Assembly (NCBI GenBank): GCA_052148715.1
Contig: JBKQHQ010000230.1
Span: forward strand, 3,243 to 67,242
From: Xanthobacteraceae bacterium
Lineage (GTDB): Bacteria > Pseudomonadota > Alphaproteobacteria > Rhizobiales > Xanthobacteraceae
DNA: 64,000 bases
Direction: 5' to 3'
Below, in pieces: positions 18,218 to 27,642 of this stretch. How positions within the stretch are numbered: the first letter of the stretch is position 1; each line of letters begins with the position of its first letter. Position numbers and translations under genes: made by a program. The notes under the pieces are model-generated. The model was not told the DNA's origin. It was given only the letters and a program-made list of their open reading frames with translations, and did not search any database.

Positions 18218-19597
18218 ATGTATGCGACCACGATCCAGGGGACGCGCTACACCTTTCCGGACCTGAAAGGTCTGCTCGCCAAGGCTTCGCCGCTGCGCTC
18301 GGGCGACTGTCTCGCCGGCATCGCCGCCGCGAGCGCGGCGGAGCGGGTGGCGGCGCAGATGGCGCTTGCCGACCTGCCGCTCACGGCCTTCCTCAATGAC
18401 GTGGTCGTGCCCTATGAGCAGGATGAGATCACGCGCCTCATCGTCGATGCGCATGACCGGTTAGCCTTCGCGCCGGTCGCACACCTGACGGTCGGCGGGC
18501 TGCGCGACTGGTTGCTTGCGGACACGACGACGACCGAGGGTCTCGCGGCTCTGGCGCCGGGGTTTACGCCGGAGATGGTCGCGGGCGTCGCCAAGATCTG
18601 CCGCAATCAGGATCTGATTGCGATCGCCGCCAAGTGTCGGGTGGTTACGCGCTTCCGCAACACGATCGGGCTCGCCGGCCGCTTGTCCTCGCGCATCCAG
18701 CCCAACCATCCGACCGACGATCGAAATGGTGTGCTGGCGAGCACCATCGACGGGCTGCTGCTAGGCTGCGGCGACGCGGTGATCGGCGTCAATCCGGCTG
18801 GCGACAGCCCCGAGCGTTGCCGCGACCTGCTGTGCTTGATCGATGATCTGCGCGAGCGGCTCGATATCCCGACCCAGTCCTGCGTCCTTACGCATGTGAC
18901 CACGACCCTAAAGCTTGCCGAGCAAGGTGCGCCCGTCGATCTCGTCTTTCAGTCGATCGGCGGCACGCAGGCGACGAACCGCAGCTTCGGTGTCGATCTG
19001 GCGCTCTTGCGCGAGGCGCGCGAGGCGGCGCTCGCGCTGCGGCGCGGCACGCTTGGCGACAACGTCATGTATTTCGAGACCGGCCAGGGGAGTGCGCTCT
19101 CGGCCGGCACCCATCACGGCTGCGATCAGCAGACGCTCGAGGCGCGCGCCTATGCGGTCGCGCGCGCTTTCCGGCCGCTCCTCGTCAACACGGTGGTCGG
19201 CTTCATCGGTCCGGAATATCTGTTCGACGGCAAGCAGATCATCCGCGCGGGGCTTGAGGACCATTTTTGTGGAAAATTGCTCGGACTGCCGATGGGCTGC
19301 GATGTCTGTTACACGAACCATGCGGAGGCCGATCAGGACGATATGGACACGCTATTGACGCTCCTGGCGGTGGCGGGCGTCACCTATGTGATGGGCGTGC
19401 CCGGCGCGGACGACGTGATGCTCAACTACCAGAGCACGTCCTATCACGATGTCCTCGCGGTGCGGCAGGCGTTGAAGCTCGCGCCGGCGCCGGAATTCAG
19501 CGACTGGCTCACGGCGATGGGCCTGATGGACGAGCGCGGATTGATCCGGCCGGTCCAACTGCCGGAGCGCTTCCTGCCGCTGCTGACAAAGGCTTAG
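18218..19597 (+). CDS. eutB: ethanolamine ammonia-lyase large subunit
   Basis: 459 aa, EutB-like along full length (N-terminus MYATTIQGTRYTFPDLKGLLAKAS...). Confidence 0.9.
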   Translation: MYATTIQGTRYTFPDLKGLLAKASPLRSGDCLAGIAAASAAERVAAQMALADLPLTAFLNDVVVPYEQDEITRLIVDAHDRLAFAPVAHLTVGGLRDWLLADTTTTEGLAALAPGFTPEMVAGVAKICRNQDLIAIAAKCRVVTRFRNTIGLAGRLSSRIQPNHPTDDRNGVLASTIDGLLLGCGDAVIGVNPAGDSPERCRDLLCLIDDLRERLDIPTQSCVLTHVTTTLKLAEQGAPVDLVFQSIGGTQATNRSFGVDLALLREAREAALALRRGTLGDNVMYFETGQGSALSAGTHHGCDQQTLEARAYAVARAFRPLLVNTVVGFIGPEYLFDGKQIIRAGLEDHFCGKLLGLPMGCDVCYTNHAEADQDDMDTLLTLLAVAGVTYVMGVPGADDVMLNYQSTSYHDVLAVRQALKLAPAPEFSDWLTAMGLMDERGLIRPVQLPERFLPLLTKA

Positions 19598-19601
19598 CAC
19601 C

Positions 19602-20393
19602 GTGGCGGCGCCGCCACGCGACATCGATCAGCGCTGGGCGCGGCTGCGCGCCGCAACCCCGGCGCGGATCGGATTGGGGCGCGCGGGCTCGGCGGTCGTG
19701 ACGCGTGAGCACCTAGCCTTTCAGCTGGCCCATGCGCAAGCGCGCGATGCCGTGCACCAGGCGCTCGACGTGGTGCCGCTGCTCGAGGGTCTTCGTGCCC
19801 GCGGTCTGGTCGCTGTCCCGGTGCGCAGCGCCGCCCGCGACCGCCACACCTATCTGTCCCGTCCCGATCTCGGCCGCAGCCTCGATGAGCCTTCGCGGCA
19901 ACGGCTCGAGTCGATGCGGCGCGGTCATGATTTGGTCTTCGTGCTGGCGGATGGTCTGTCGGCGCGCGCGGTCGCGTCGCATGCGCTGCCGCTGTTCGAT
20001 CAGACCCTGCCTCTCTTGTGGCAGGATGGCTGGCGCCTCGGTCCGGTCGCCGTCGTCGAGCAGGGCCGCGTCGCGATCGGCGACGAGATCGGCCAGGCGC
20101 TCGATGCGGGCCTTGTCGCGGTTCTGATCGGCGAGCGTCCCGGTCTCACGTCACCCGACAGTCTAGGGGTCTATCTCACGTTCGCGCCGGCCATCGGCCG
20201 CACGGATGCGGAGCGCAACTGCGTGTCGAATATCCGCCCGGACGGCATGACCTACGCCGAGGCCGCGCAGCGGCTATTCTATCTCTGCAACCAAGCACGA
20301 CGACGCAAGCTCACGGGCGTGATGCTGAAGGATGAGACCTCCCTGTCCGGTTCGGACCTTGGTGCAGCACCGGATCAGAAATTGCCTTCGTGA
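19602..20393 (+). CDS. eutC: ethanolamine ammonia-lyase small subunit
   Basis: 263 aa EutC-like; GTG start 4 nt after the eutB stop. Confidence 0.85.
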   Translation: MAAPPRDIDQRWARLRAATPARIGLGRAGSAVVTREHLAFQLAHAQARDAVHQALDVVPLLEGLRARGLVAVPVRSAARDRHTYLSRPDLGRSLDEPSRQRLESMRRGHDLVFVLADGLSARAVASHALPLFDQTLPLLWQDGWRLGPVAVVEQGRVAIGDEIGQALDAGLVAVLIGERPGLTSPDSLGVYLTFAPAIGRTDAERNCVSNIRPDGMTYAEAAQRLFYLCNQARRRKLTGVMLKDETSLSGSDLGAAPDQKLPS

Positions 20394-20603
20394 CATGGCG
20401 CCGGAGCGGCGGCTCTCAGCCGCTGATCCCCGCGACGGCGACGTGAAAGCGAGGACGAGCAGAGTGTGGCCGTCCGTCCACATCCCGCGTTTTTGCGCCG
20501 CCGAACGTTCTGAATCGTGTGCCGGGGATTATTGTACCTCCGATGCGGCGGGGCTCTGTGCCAATTGTTGTCAACTTCAATCCACGTTAATGGCGGATTT
20601 TTC

Positions 20604-20831
20604 ATGTTCATAAGCCCCAATCGCGCATCAGAATGGCACGCTGAAAATGGAGCGGTGCCGTATTATGGTGCCATGACAAGCGAGTTGAGTGGTCCGATCG
20701 ACGCGATGTTGGCAAGTGTGTGCTCCTGGCTAGAACAGGATCAGGAGGAGCTTGCCGAGCTCATGCGCCAGATCGAAGACTGGCGCGCGCGTGTTTCCGG
20801 CAGGGACGACGAAGAGACGCGCAGGAGTTGA
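20604..20831 (+). CDS. small hypothetical protein (about 75 aa)
   Basis: ORF in a locally lower-GC stretch; weak SD; no family. Confidence 0.25.
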   Translation: MFISPNRASEWHAENGAVPYYGAMTSELSGPIDAMLASVCSWLEQDQEELAELMRQIEDWRARVSGRDDEETRRS

Positions 20832-20851
20832 CGTTAGGGGAGCCTGACGCC

Positions 20852-21853
20852 TCACTCCACCTTCGCGCCCGACTTGCGCACGATCTGCGACCATTTTGTT
20901 TCCTCGCGGTCGATGTCGGCGGCGTACTCCTCTGGTGTGCTGGCGAATGGCTCGGTGCCGTCGGCGGCCAGGCGCGCCTGCGTCTCCTCGGACGCGACCG
21001 CCTCGCGCAACGCGGTCTGGAGCTTGTCGATGATCGCCCGTGGCGTGCGGGCGGGCGCGACGATGCCGTAATGCAGGACCGCCTCGTAGCCGGGCAGCCC
21101 GGACTCGGCGACGGTCGGCAGCTCAGGAAAGAGCTTTGAGCGCGCCGCGCCGGTCACGGCGAGCGGGCGCGCCTTGCCGTCCCGGGCGACGCCGATCGCC
21201 GGCGGCAGCGAGCTGAAATAGATGTCGACATGCCCGCCGATCAGGTCGGTGAGGGCGGGGGCGCTGCCCTTGTAGGGAATGTGGGTGAGGTTGATCCCGG
21301 CCATCGAGGCAAACAGCACGGTGCCGAGATGGATGCCGCTGCCGCTTCCCGCCGAGGCATAGTTGAGCTTGCCCGGCTGCGCCTTGGCGAGCGCGATCAA
21401 CTCGGGGATGGAGTGCGCCGGCAGATCCGGATTGACGAGAACGATCAGCGGGCTCGTGGCGATGAGGCCAACCGGGGCAAAATCCTTGCGCGGATCGTAG
21501 CCGACCTGGGGATAGAGCGTCGGATCGATGGCGAGCGTGCCAGTGCCGCCGAGGCCGAGTGTGTATCCGTCCGCATCGGCCTTGGCGACCTGGCGTGTGG
21601 CGATCGTCCCGCCCGCGCCGCCGCGGTTCTCGATGACGATCTGCTGGTGCAAGACCTTGCTCATCTTGTCGGCGACGATACGGGCCATGGCGTCATTGCC
21701 GCCGCCCGGCGCATAGGGAACGACGAGCGTGATGGGGCGGCTCGGATAATCTTCCGCCAGCGCCGGCGATCGGCCGGCCAGCGCGGCGACGCCGATGAGC
21801 ATCGCCAGGCAAACGGCGCGTAGACCGGAGAGCATCGGCACGGTTGCGCTCAC
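20852..21853 (-). CDS. tripartite tricarboxylate transporter substrate-binding protein (TctC/Bug family)
   Basis: 333 aa, signal peptide, Bug-family motifs (ENRGGAGG, YASAGSGS, IPYKG). Confidence 0.85.
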   Translation of the reverse strand: MSATVPMLSGLRAVCLAMLIGVAALAGRSPALAEDYPSRPITLVVPYAPGGGNDAMARIVADKMSKVLHQQIVIENRGGAGGTIATRQVAKADADGYTLGLGGTGTLAIDPTLYPQVGYDPRKDFAPVGLIATSPLIVLVNPDLPAHSIPELIALAKAQPGKLNYASAGSGSGIHLGTVLFASMAGINLTHIPYKGSAPALTDLIGGHVDIYFSSLPPAIGVARDGKARPLAVTGAARSKLFPELPTVAESGLPGYEAVLHYGIVAPARTPRAIIDKLQTALREAVASEETQARLAADGTEPFASTPEEYAADIDREETKWSQIVRKSGAKVE

Positions 21854-21860
21854 TCGCCCT

Positions 21861-22832
21861 TCACTCGCCTTTGGCGCCCGAAACCTTGACGACCTGCGAC
21901 CATTTGGTCTCCTCGCGGTCGATGTCGACCGCGTATTCCTGCGGCGTGCTTGCGAGCGGCTCGGCGCCTTCGGTGGCGAACCTCCGGCGCACGTCTTCGG
22001 CGCTGACGGCCTTGCGCAGCTCCTGATTCAGCCGCTCGATGATCGGGCGCGGCGTGCCGGCGGGTGCGACGAGCCCGTAGAGCAGCACGGCGTCGAAGCC
22101 GGGGAGCGTTTCGGCGATCGTCGGAATGTCCGGCACGAGCGTCGAGCGGCTGGCGCTCGTCACCGCGAGCGCCCGCAGGCTTCCGGCGAGGACGTTGCTG
22201 TGCCCGGCTGGGATCGGCGCAAAGCCCAGCAGAATATGGCCGCCGAGCAGATCGGTCATGACCGCGCCTGTTCCCTTATAGGGAATATGCGTGAGCTTGA
22301 TGCCGGCCAAGGTCGCCAAATATTCGCCGGCGATGTGGCCGACGGTGCCGACGCCGGCCGTGCCGTAATTGACCTTGCCGGGATTGGCCTTCGCGTAGCC
22401 GATCAGCTCGGCGACCGAATGCGCCGGAAAGGATGGGTGCGCCAAAAGCATGCTGGGCGCCGTGCCGATGCGGCCTACGGGAGCGAAATCCTTGCGCGGA
22501 TCGTAGCCGACATTCGCATAGAGGCTGGGCCCGATGGCGAGCGTTCCGGTATAGCTCAGGAGGAGCGTGTAGCCGTCCGCCGCGCTCTTGGCAGCCGCGC
22601 GGGTGCCGACCGTGCCGCCGGCCCCGCCGCGGTTCTCGACGACGATCGGCTGGCCCAAGGCCTCGCTGAGCTTGTCGGCGACGATGCGCGCGATGATGTC
22701 GGTGCTGCCCCCCGGCGGGAACGGCACGATCAGCGTGACCGGCCGGTCGGGATAGCTTTCGGCCCGCGCGAGGCCGGCTGCGCCGAGCACCACAAGCGCC
22801 GCCAGGAATGCGTATCGGCCGAGCTTCGGCAC
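21861..22832 (-). CDS. TctC/Bug-family substrate-binding protein (tandem paralog)
   Basis: Paralog of the preceding gene; probable GTG start at 22832 with GGGGAGGA SD; the upstream 57 aa of the ORF are an artefact. Confidence 0.8.
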   Translation of the reverse strand: MPKLGRYAFLAALVVLGAAGLARAESYPDRPVTLIVPFPPGGSTDIIARIVADKLSEALGQPIVVENRGGAGGTVGTRAAAKSAADGYTLLLSYTGTLAIGPSLYANVGYDPRKDFAPVGRIGTAPSMLLAHPSFPAHSVAELIGYAKANPGKVNYGTAGVGTVGHIAGEYLATLAGIKLTHIPYKGTGAVMTDLLGGHILLGFAPIPAGHSNVLAGSLRALAVTSASRSTLVPDIPTIAETLPGFDAVLLYGLVAPAGTPRPIIERLNQELRKAVSAEDVRRRFATEGAEPLASTPQEYAVDIDREETKWSQVVKVSGAKGE

Positions 22833-22941
22833 CTGATCCTCCCCGAGCCGCCGCGGTCTGCGCCGCCTGCCTCGTCTCGCCGCGCAGCCGGTTCCGATCG
22901 GTCCGGCGGCGTGATAGAAATTCCTAGCACAACGGCGGGAC

Positions 22942-23460
22942 TTGCGGATGTCGTGGTCGGAGGTTTTTCTCGATACGCTCAAGGACAATGACGTACGGCT
23001 CGTCACCTATGTGCCGGACAATGTGCTCACGCCGCTGATCAAGGGCGCCGTCGCCGACAATTATTTCATCTCCGTCGGCGCCACGCGCGAGGATGAGGCG
23101 CTCGGCCTTGTGACGGGCGCCTGGATGGGCGGGATGCTCGGCGTGGTGATGATGCAGACCAGCGGCTTCGGCGTCATCCCCAATGCGCTCGCCTCGCTGG
23201 TCGTGCCCTATCAGATCCCGGCGATCGTCGTCGTCTCCGAGCGCGGGACGATGGGCGAGTTCAATATCGGCCAGGCGCTCGTGAGCCGCACCATGCGCCC
23301 GACGCTCGACTCGCTCGCCGTCACCCATCACACGCTGACCGATGAGGCCACCATGCCCTTCGTCGTCGACCGCTCCATCAAGCAGGCCGTGGCGACGCAA
23401 AGCCCGGTCGTGTTCATCCTGTCGCCGCTCTTGACCGGCGGTAAAGTGTTCAAGAGCTGA
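22942..23460 (+). CDS. TPP-dependent decarboxylase alpha subunit (ComD-like; sulfopyruvate/phosphonopyruvate decarboxylase family, pyrimidine-binding domain)
   Basis: 172 aa with TPP_enzyme_N-like fold. Confidence 0.7.
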   Translation: MRMSWSEVFLDTLKDNDVRLVTYVPDNVLTPLIKGAVADNYFISVGATREDEALGLVTGAWMGGMLGVVMMQTSGFGVIPNALASLVVPYQIPAIVVVSERGTMGEFNIGQALVSRTMRPTLDSLAVTHHTLTDEATMPFVVDRSIKQAVATQSPVVFILSPLLTGGKVFKS

Positions 23461-23465
23461 CTGCT

Positions 23466-24086
23466 GTGACTGCCAAGCCCGAGCAAGCTTCCCGCAAGGT
23501 GTGGAACCGCACCGATCTCACCAAACGGCTGATCGCAAAACTCACGCGCGACGAGGCGGTGATCGGCGGCATCGGCAACACCAATTTCGATCTCTACGCG
23601 GCCGGGCACCGGCCGCAGAATTTTTACATGCTGGGCAGCATGGGCCTGGCCTGCCCGATCGCGCTCGGCGTCGCGCTGGCGCAGCCGGAGCACGGCGTGA
23701 TCGCGCTCGAAGGCGACGGCTCGATCCTGATGGCGCTCGGCTGTCTCACGACCATCGGCATGGTGAAGCCGCGCAATCTCACCATCCTGATCATGGACAA
23801 CGGCCTCTATCAGATCACCGGCAAGCAGCCGAGCGCGACGCAATCGACCGCCGATATCGTGGAGATCGCCCGCGGCGCCGGCATCGCCGAGAGTTTTTGG
23901 ATCGGCGACGAGGCGCACTTCGATGCGCTGACCGCGCGGGCCTTCGAGAGCGGCGGTCCTGTCCTCCTCGCCGCCAAGATCGACGACAAGCCCGGCGCCG
24001 TCCAAACCCCGCGCGACCCCGCCGTGATCCGCCACCGCTTCATGCAGGGCCTCGGCACCGGCCGCAAAAGCGCGCTCGACGGGTGA
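23466..24086 (+). CDS. TPP-dependent decarboxylase beta subunit (ComE-like, PP-binding domain)
   Basis: 206 aa; GDGS motif (LEGDGSILM) of the TPP diphosphate-binding domain; GTG start 6 nt after the alpha-subunit stop. Confidence 0.7.
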   Translation: MTAKPEQASRKVWNRTDLTKRLIAKLTRDEAVIGGIGNTNFDLYAAGHRPQNFYMLGSMGLACPIALGVALAQPEHGVIALEGDGSILMALGCLTTIGMVKPRNLTILIMDNGLYQITGKQPSATQSTADIVEIARGAGIAESFWIGDEAHFDALTARAFESGGPVLLAAKIDDKPGAVQTPRDPAVIRHRFMQGLGTGRKSALDG

Positions 24087-24347
24087 TGGGTGATGGCGCG
24101 CCGGTCAGCTCGAATTCTGCTTGTTACTGCGGATTGGGCTCTCGCTCGAAGGTGAGGCGCGCGCCGGCCGTCGCCGCGTCATGAGCTTGCGCCAGCGGAC
24201 ATTCACATCCAAGAGACATTTCGACTCGCATTCCGACCGAACCAGAGGTAGAATACCAGCTTAAGGAGGTTGGCCGACCCACCACCCCGTCAGCGCGTGG
24301 TGCCACTTCGATTTTCGCCACCTCTCATTTATCAGTTGGAGGCGACA

Positions 24348-25064
24348 ATGGAGTTTTTTCGTACCGTCGTCATTTTGGCTGCCTTGGCGGCCGGCGAATG
24401 GATGCCGGATAATTTGGCCACGCTCGGTCTGGCGTGGGTGACAGGAATTATGCCGGCGCCGTGGGTTAAGATCGGCTGTTGGGTGGTGATCGCGCTACTC
24501 GTCCTCGTCATCGATTACGTCGTCCGCCGGTACGACTGGATGCTGTGGTGGATGCGCGACCCGCAACTCTCTCGAGCGGAGGGCGTTTGGTTCCAAAAAG
24601 TGGCCATTCCCGAGCGGCCTTACAGCATCGGTCGAATCGAGTATTCTGGGAATGGACGCTGGGCGTATTCAGGCGTTGGCTACGGAGACAAGTTCGAGCC
24701 AAAAGCCGACTGGCAAACGGCCAGCCTGGGTTGCGACTCGCAAAGCAAAAAGTGGTACTTTGCCGGACAGGCGCATCTGCTCAAATATGACGCTCACCTT
24801 AAACGCTATCAGTGGGAGCATACCGGATACGTCAATCCGATCCTCGATTTGCATGAGGCGAGTCACATCGCCGAACATGACGGTACGGTAGTCGATTTAG
24901 ACCTAAATAAGGAGAATAGGATCTTTACGATAGCTCTGACGCGCGCGGACCGGCTATTCCCGAAAAGACTCTGGATTTTCCCCAGACGATTATCGGTCGA
25001 TGATATGAAGAGAATGGAACCATCCAAAGTGCAGAATCTCTTTACCGAGATGAAACTCCTATAG
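24348..25064 (+). CDS. hypothetical membrane protein (N-terminal 2-3 TM helices plus about 160-aa soluble domain)
   Basis: ATG at 24348 with GGAGG 6 nt upstream; Trp/Tyr-rich TM region; lower-GC DNA; no family recognised. Confidence 0.6.
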   Translation: MEFFRTVVILAALAAGEWMPDNLATLGLAWVTGIMPAPWVKIGCWVVIALLVLVIDYVVRRYDWMLWWMRDPQLSRAEGVWFQKVAIPERPYSIGRIEYSGNGRWAYSGVGYGDKFEPKADWQTASLGCDSQSKKWYFAGQAHLLKYDAHLKRYQWEHTGYVNPILDLHEASHIAEHDGTVVDLDLNKENRIFTIALTRADRLFPKRLWIFPRRLSVDDMKRMEPSKVQNLFTEMKLL

Positions 25065-25093
25065 AATCCACCGCCCCAGCTCCCGAGGCTCCG

Positions 25094-26053
25094 ATGACGC
25101 AATACCATATCGACACCGATATGGGTGTCGACGACGGACTCGCTCTGGCAATTGCGAGCCAGATGTTGGGTGCGTCGCTGAGGGCTGTTTCGACCGTCTT
25201 TGGCAATGTTCCGGTCGAGGTCGCGACGAAGAACGCATTAATTTTTCGACGTTTGCTCCCAGGTCCGACGCATTTTCCAATCTACGTCGGAGCGGAACGT
25301 GCGTCGGACGGGTTTTTCCGGGATGCGCGCCATGTTCATGGCAAAGATGGTCTGGGGGGTGCCACGGCGATGCTAAGCGCCGACATATTGCGTGACATCG
25401 GCGAAGATTCGGATCTTGATCGACTCGACGCGGTCGGGACGCTCAACGCAGACCAGGACCCCATCGTAATCATTGGACTCGGACCGGCAACCAACGTGCC
25501 GGGCCTGGTTGAAAAGTATGGCCGAGCAAGCGTGCAGCGCATTGTGCTGATGAGTGGAAGCTATTTTGACCGCGGCAATATAACAGAGGTTGCCGAATTC
25601 AATGCACATTGCGATCCCGGTGCGCTGCAGCGGACATTAGCGTTAGGTATCCCCGTGACGATAGTCCCGCTGGATGTATGTCGAAAGGTGCAATTGTCTC
25701 GGACTACTGTTAAATCATATCTTGAACGTGATGAGTCATTGTTGACACGACTAATAGTCCAATCGCACATGCCTTACATGGATTTCTATCAAAAATGGGA
25801 AGGCATCGACGGATGCTTCCCGCACGACACCTTGGCGGTCTTGGCAGCAGCCAGACCAGAGTGGTTCTGGCGCACGCCGAGCCTAGTTGACATCGATCTT
25901 GTCGGTGACGCGCGCGGTCGAACATCGCTGGCGCTGGTCCCGAAATCGCACGTGGATGTGGCTTTCGGGGGAGAATTGAAAAATGTGCGCGAATGGCTGC
26001 AATCATGGCCCAACCTCGTCACGGCCCGAGGTAGACTGAGCCACAAGGATTGA
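25094..26053 (+). CDS. nucleoside hydrolase (inosine-uridine preferring IUNH family)
   Basis: 319 aa; N-terminal fingerprint IDTDMGVDDGLAL (DxDxxxDD Ca-binding motif); lower-GC DNA. Confidence 0.8.
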   Translation: MTQYHIDTDMGVDDGLALAIASQMLGASLRAVSTVFGNVPVEVATKNALIFRRLLPGPTHFPIYVGAERASDGFFRDARHVHGKDGLGGATAMLSADILRDIGEDSDLDRLDAVGTLNADQDPIVIIGLGPATNVPGLVEKYGRASVQRIVLMSGSYFDRGNITEVAEFNAHCDPGALQRTLALGIPVTIVPLDVCRKVQLSRTTVKSYLERDESLLTRLIVQSHMPYMDFYQKWEGIDGCFPHDTLAVLAAARPEWFWRTPSLVDIDLVGDARGRTSLALVPKSHVDVAFGGELKNVREWLQSWPNLVTARGRLSHKD

Positions 26054-26355
26054 TCTGATATTTGAAATGGCACTGGTCGCAGGTCAGGCAATGAACGTTC
26101 GTTGCCCGTGTGGTTTATCTGGCTTGACCCGAGTTGTCCATCCACGAGAATCGCACGCCGCTGAATCCACGAAAATCGATCCATTTGATGGACCCGCGTC
26201 TCAGCGCGGGCAGGTGCTGTAACGGCCGTGTCGTCCTCGCACACCTCGCCGGAGAGGCAAGACGATGGGTAGGCGCCGGTACTTTCCCATTGCCGCCCCA
26301 CCAAGACTGAGGCTGAGCGGGATGCACGTGTAACCTGCCGCTGCCGCCGTTCCAA

Positions 26356-26745
26356 TCACCGTTCCAGGTGCTTCGCCGCGAGCTCGTCGAGGTATTCCTG
26401 CCAATAGCGGGGCCGGTTGCGGCCGAGCTCGTGGAGGTAGCTCCAGCTGTAGATGCCGGTTGAATGCAGATCGTCGAAGACGAGGCGCACCGCATAGTTT
26501 CCGACCGGCTGAACCTCGAGGATCGAAACGTTCCGCTTGCCGGGGACGGTCTTGCGCTCGGCGGGCGAGTGGCCCTGCACTTCGGCGCTTGGACTCTTGA
26601 CGCGGAGGTATTCAGCATCGAGCGCGAACTTTTCGCCATTATCGAACGCAATGCTCAGCGCCTTGCGGTCCTTCTGCAGCCGCAGCTCGGTTGGCCAGGG
26701 CTCGGATTTGCTCTCGGATTTGCTCGGCGGTTCGGTCATGGTCAT
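26356..26745 (-). CDS. DUF971 family protein (gamma-butyrobetaine hydroxylase-like N-terminal domain)
   Basis: 129 aa with DUF971-like sequence (LSIAFDNGEKFALDAEYLRVKSPSAEV...). Confidence 0.65.
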   Translation of the reverse strand: MTMTEPPSKSESKSEPWPTELRLQKDRKALSIAFDNGEKFALDAEYLRVKSPSAEVQGHSPAERKTVPGKRNVSILEVQPVGNYAVRLVFDDLHSTGIYSWSYLHELGRNRPRYWQEYLDELAAKHLER

Positions 26746-26797
26746 TGGCCTAAATCATAGCGCCCGCCGCGCTGCGGCGCCACAGGTCCAGGTCACA

Positions 26798-27634
26798 CTC
26801 ATGAACGGGCTCCATTCCGCGGAACCGGCCGGCCGATTGCCGACGCCGCGCCGCCTCGCCGCGGGCTCGGTCGTGATGCTGGTGCTCGCGGGGATCGTGC
26901 GCGCGACCGGCGCCGCCGAGGATCCGTAGATCGGCGCACGGCGCAACTCCCAGCGCAAGATTTTTACCGATGCGGAGATCACGGACGGTTTCCTGAAAGT
27001 CGCGCTGGGGGCCGAATTTCATCTGGGCACCGGCACCAACCGCATCCGCAAATATGATGGACCGGTACGCGTCCACATTGACAACCGCGCCAGGCGCGAC
27101 CGCCGCGCGGATATCGCCGGCGTGATTGCCGACATCGGCACGCGCGTCAAGCATCCCGACATCGCCCTCACGGAGGACCGTGGCGCCGCCAATGTCGTCG
27201 TCACCTTGGTGCCGGATCGCAATCTCGGCCGGACGCTGCGCGCCTTCTATGGCAGCGCCCGCGCCAGGCAGATTCGGCGCTCGCTCGATCCGCAGTGCCT
27301 ATCCGGATTTCGCCGGGCGAGAGTTACCGGATTCTGCATTCCGACGTCATCATCGTCGTCGATAAAGGAGATTTTCATCCTCTACGATTGCGCCTACGAA
27401 GAAATGCTGCAGGCCTTGGGGCCGATCAACGATGACGGCACGGTGCCCTGGACCATGTTCAACGACGACGTGCAGATGGGGTTCTTCGATATTTACGACC
27501 AGTATTTGCTCAATATCCTGTATGATCCGCGGGTGCGGCCGGGCATGACGGCTGAGGAGGCGCGTGCCGTGCTGCCGCTGGTTCTACCGACCGTGCGCGG
27601 CTGGGTTAGGGACCGCAATGGTCTGACAAACTGA
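26798..27634 (+). pseudogene. DUF2927-family lipoprotein pseudogene (in-frame stop plus at least 2 frameshifts)
   Basis: Signal-peptide-bearing N-terminus ends at TAG 26926-26928. DUF2927-like sequence continues in another frame, shifts again near 27300 (YRILHSDVIIVVDKGDF only in the +1 frame) and returns for the ILYDCAYEEMLQALGPINDDGTVPWTMFNDDVQMGFFDIYDQYLLNILYDPRVRPGMT block. Confidence 0.6.
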
Positions 27635-27642
27635 GGGGCTGG

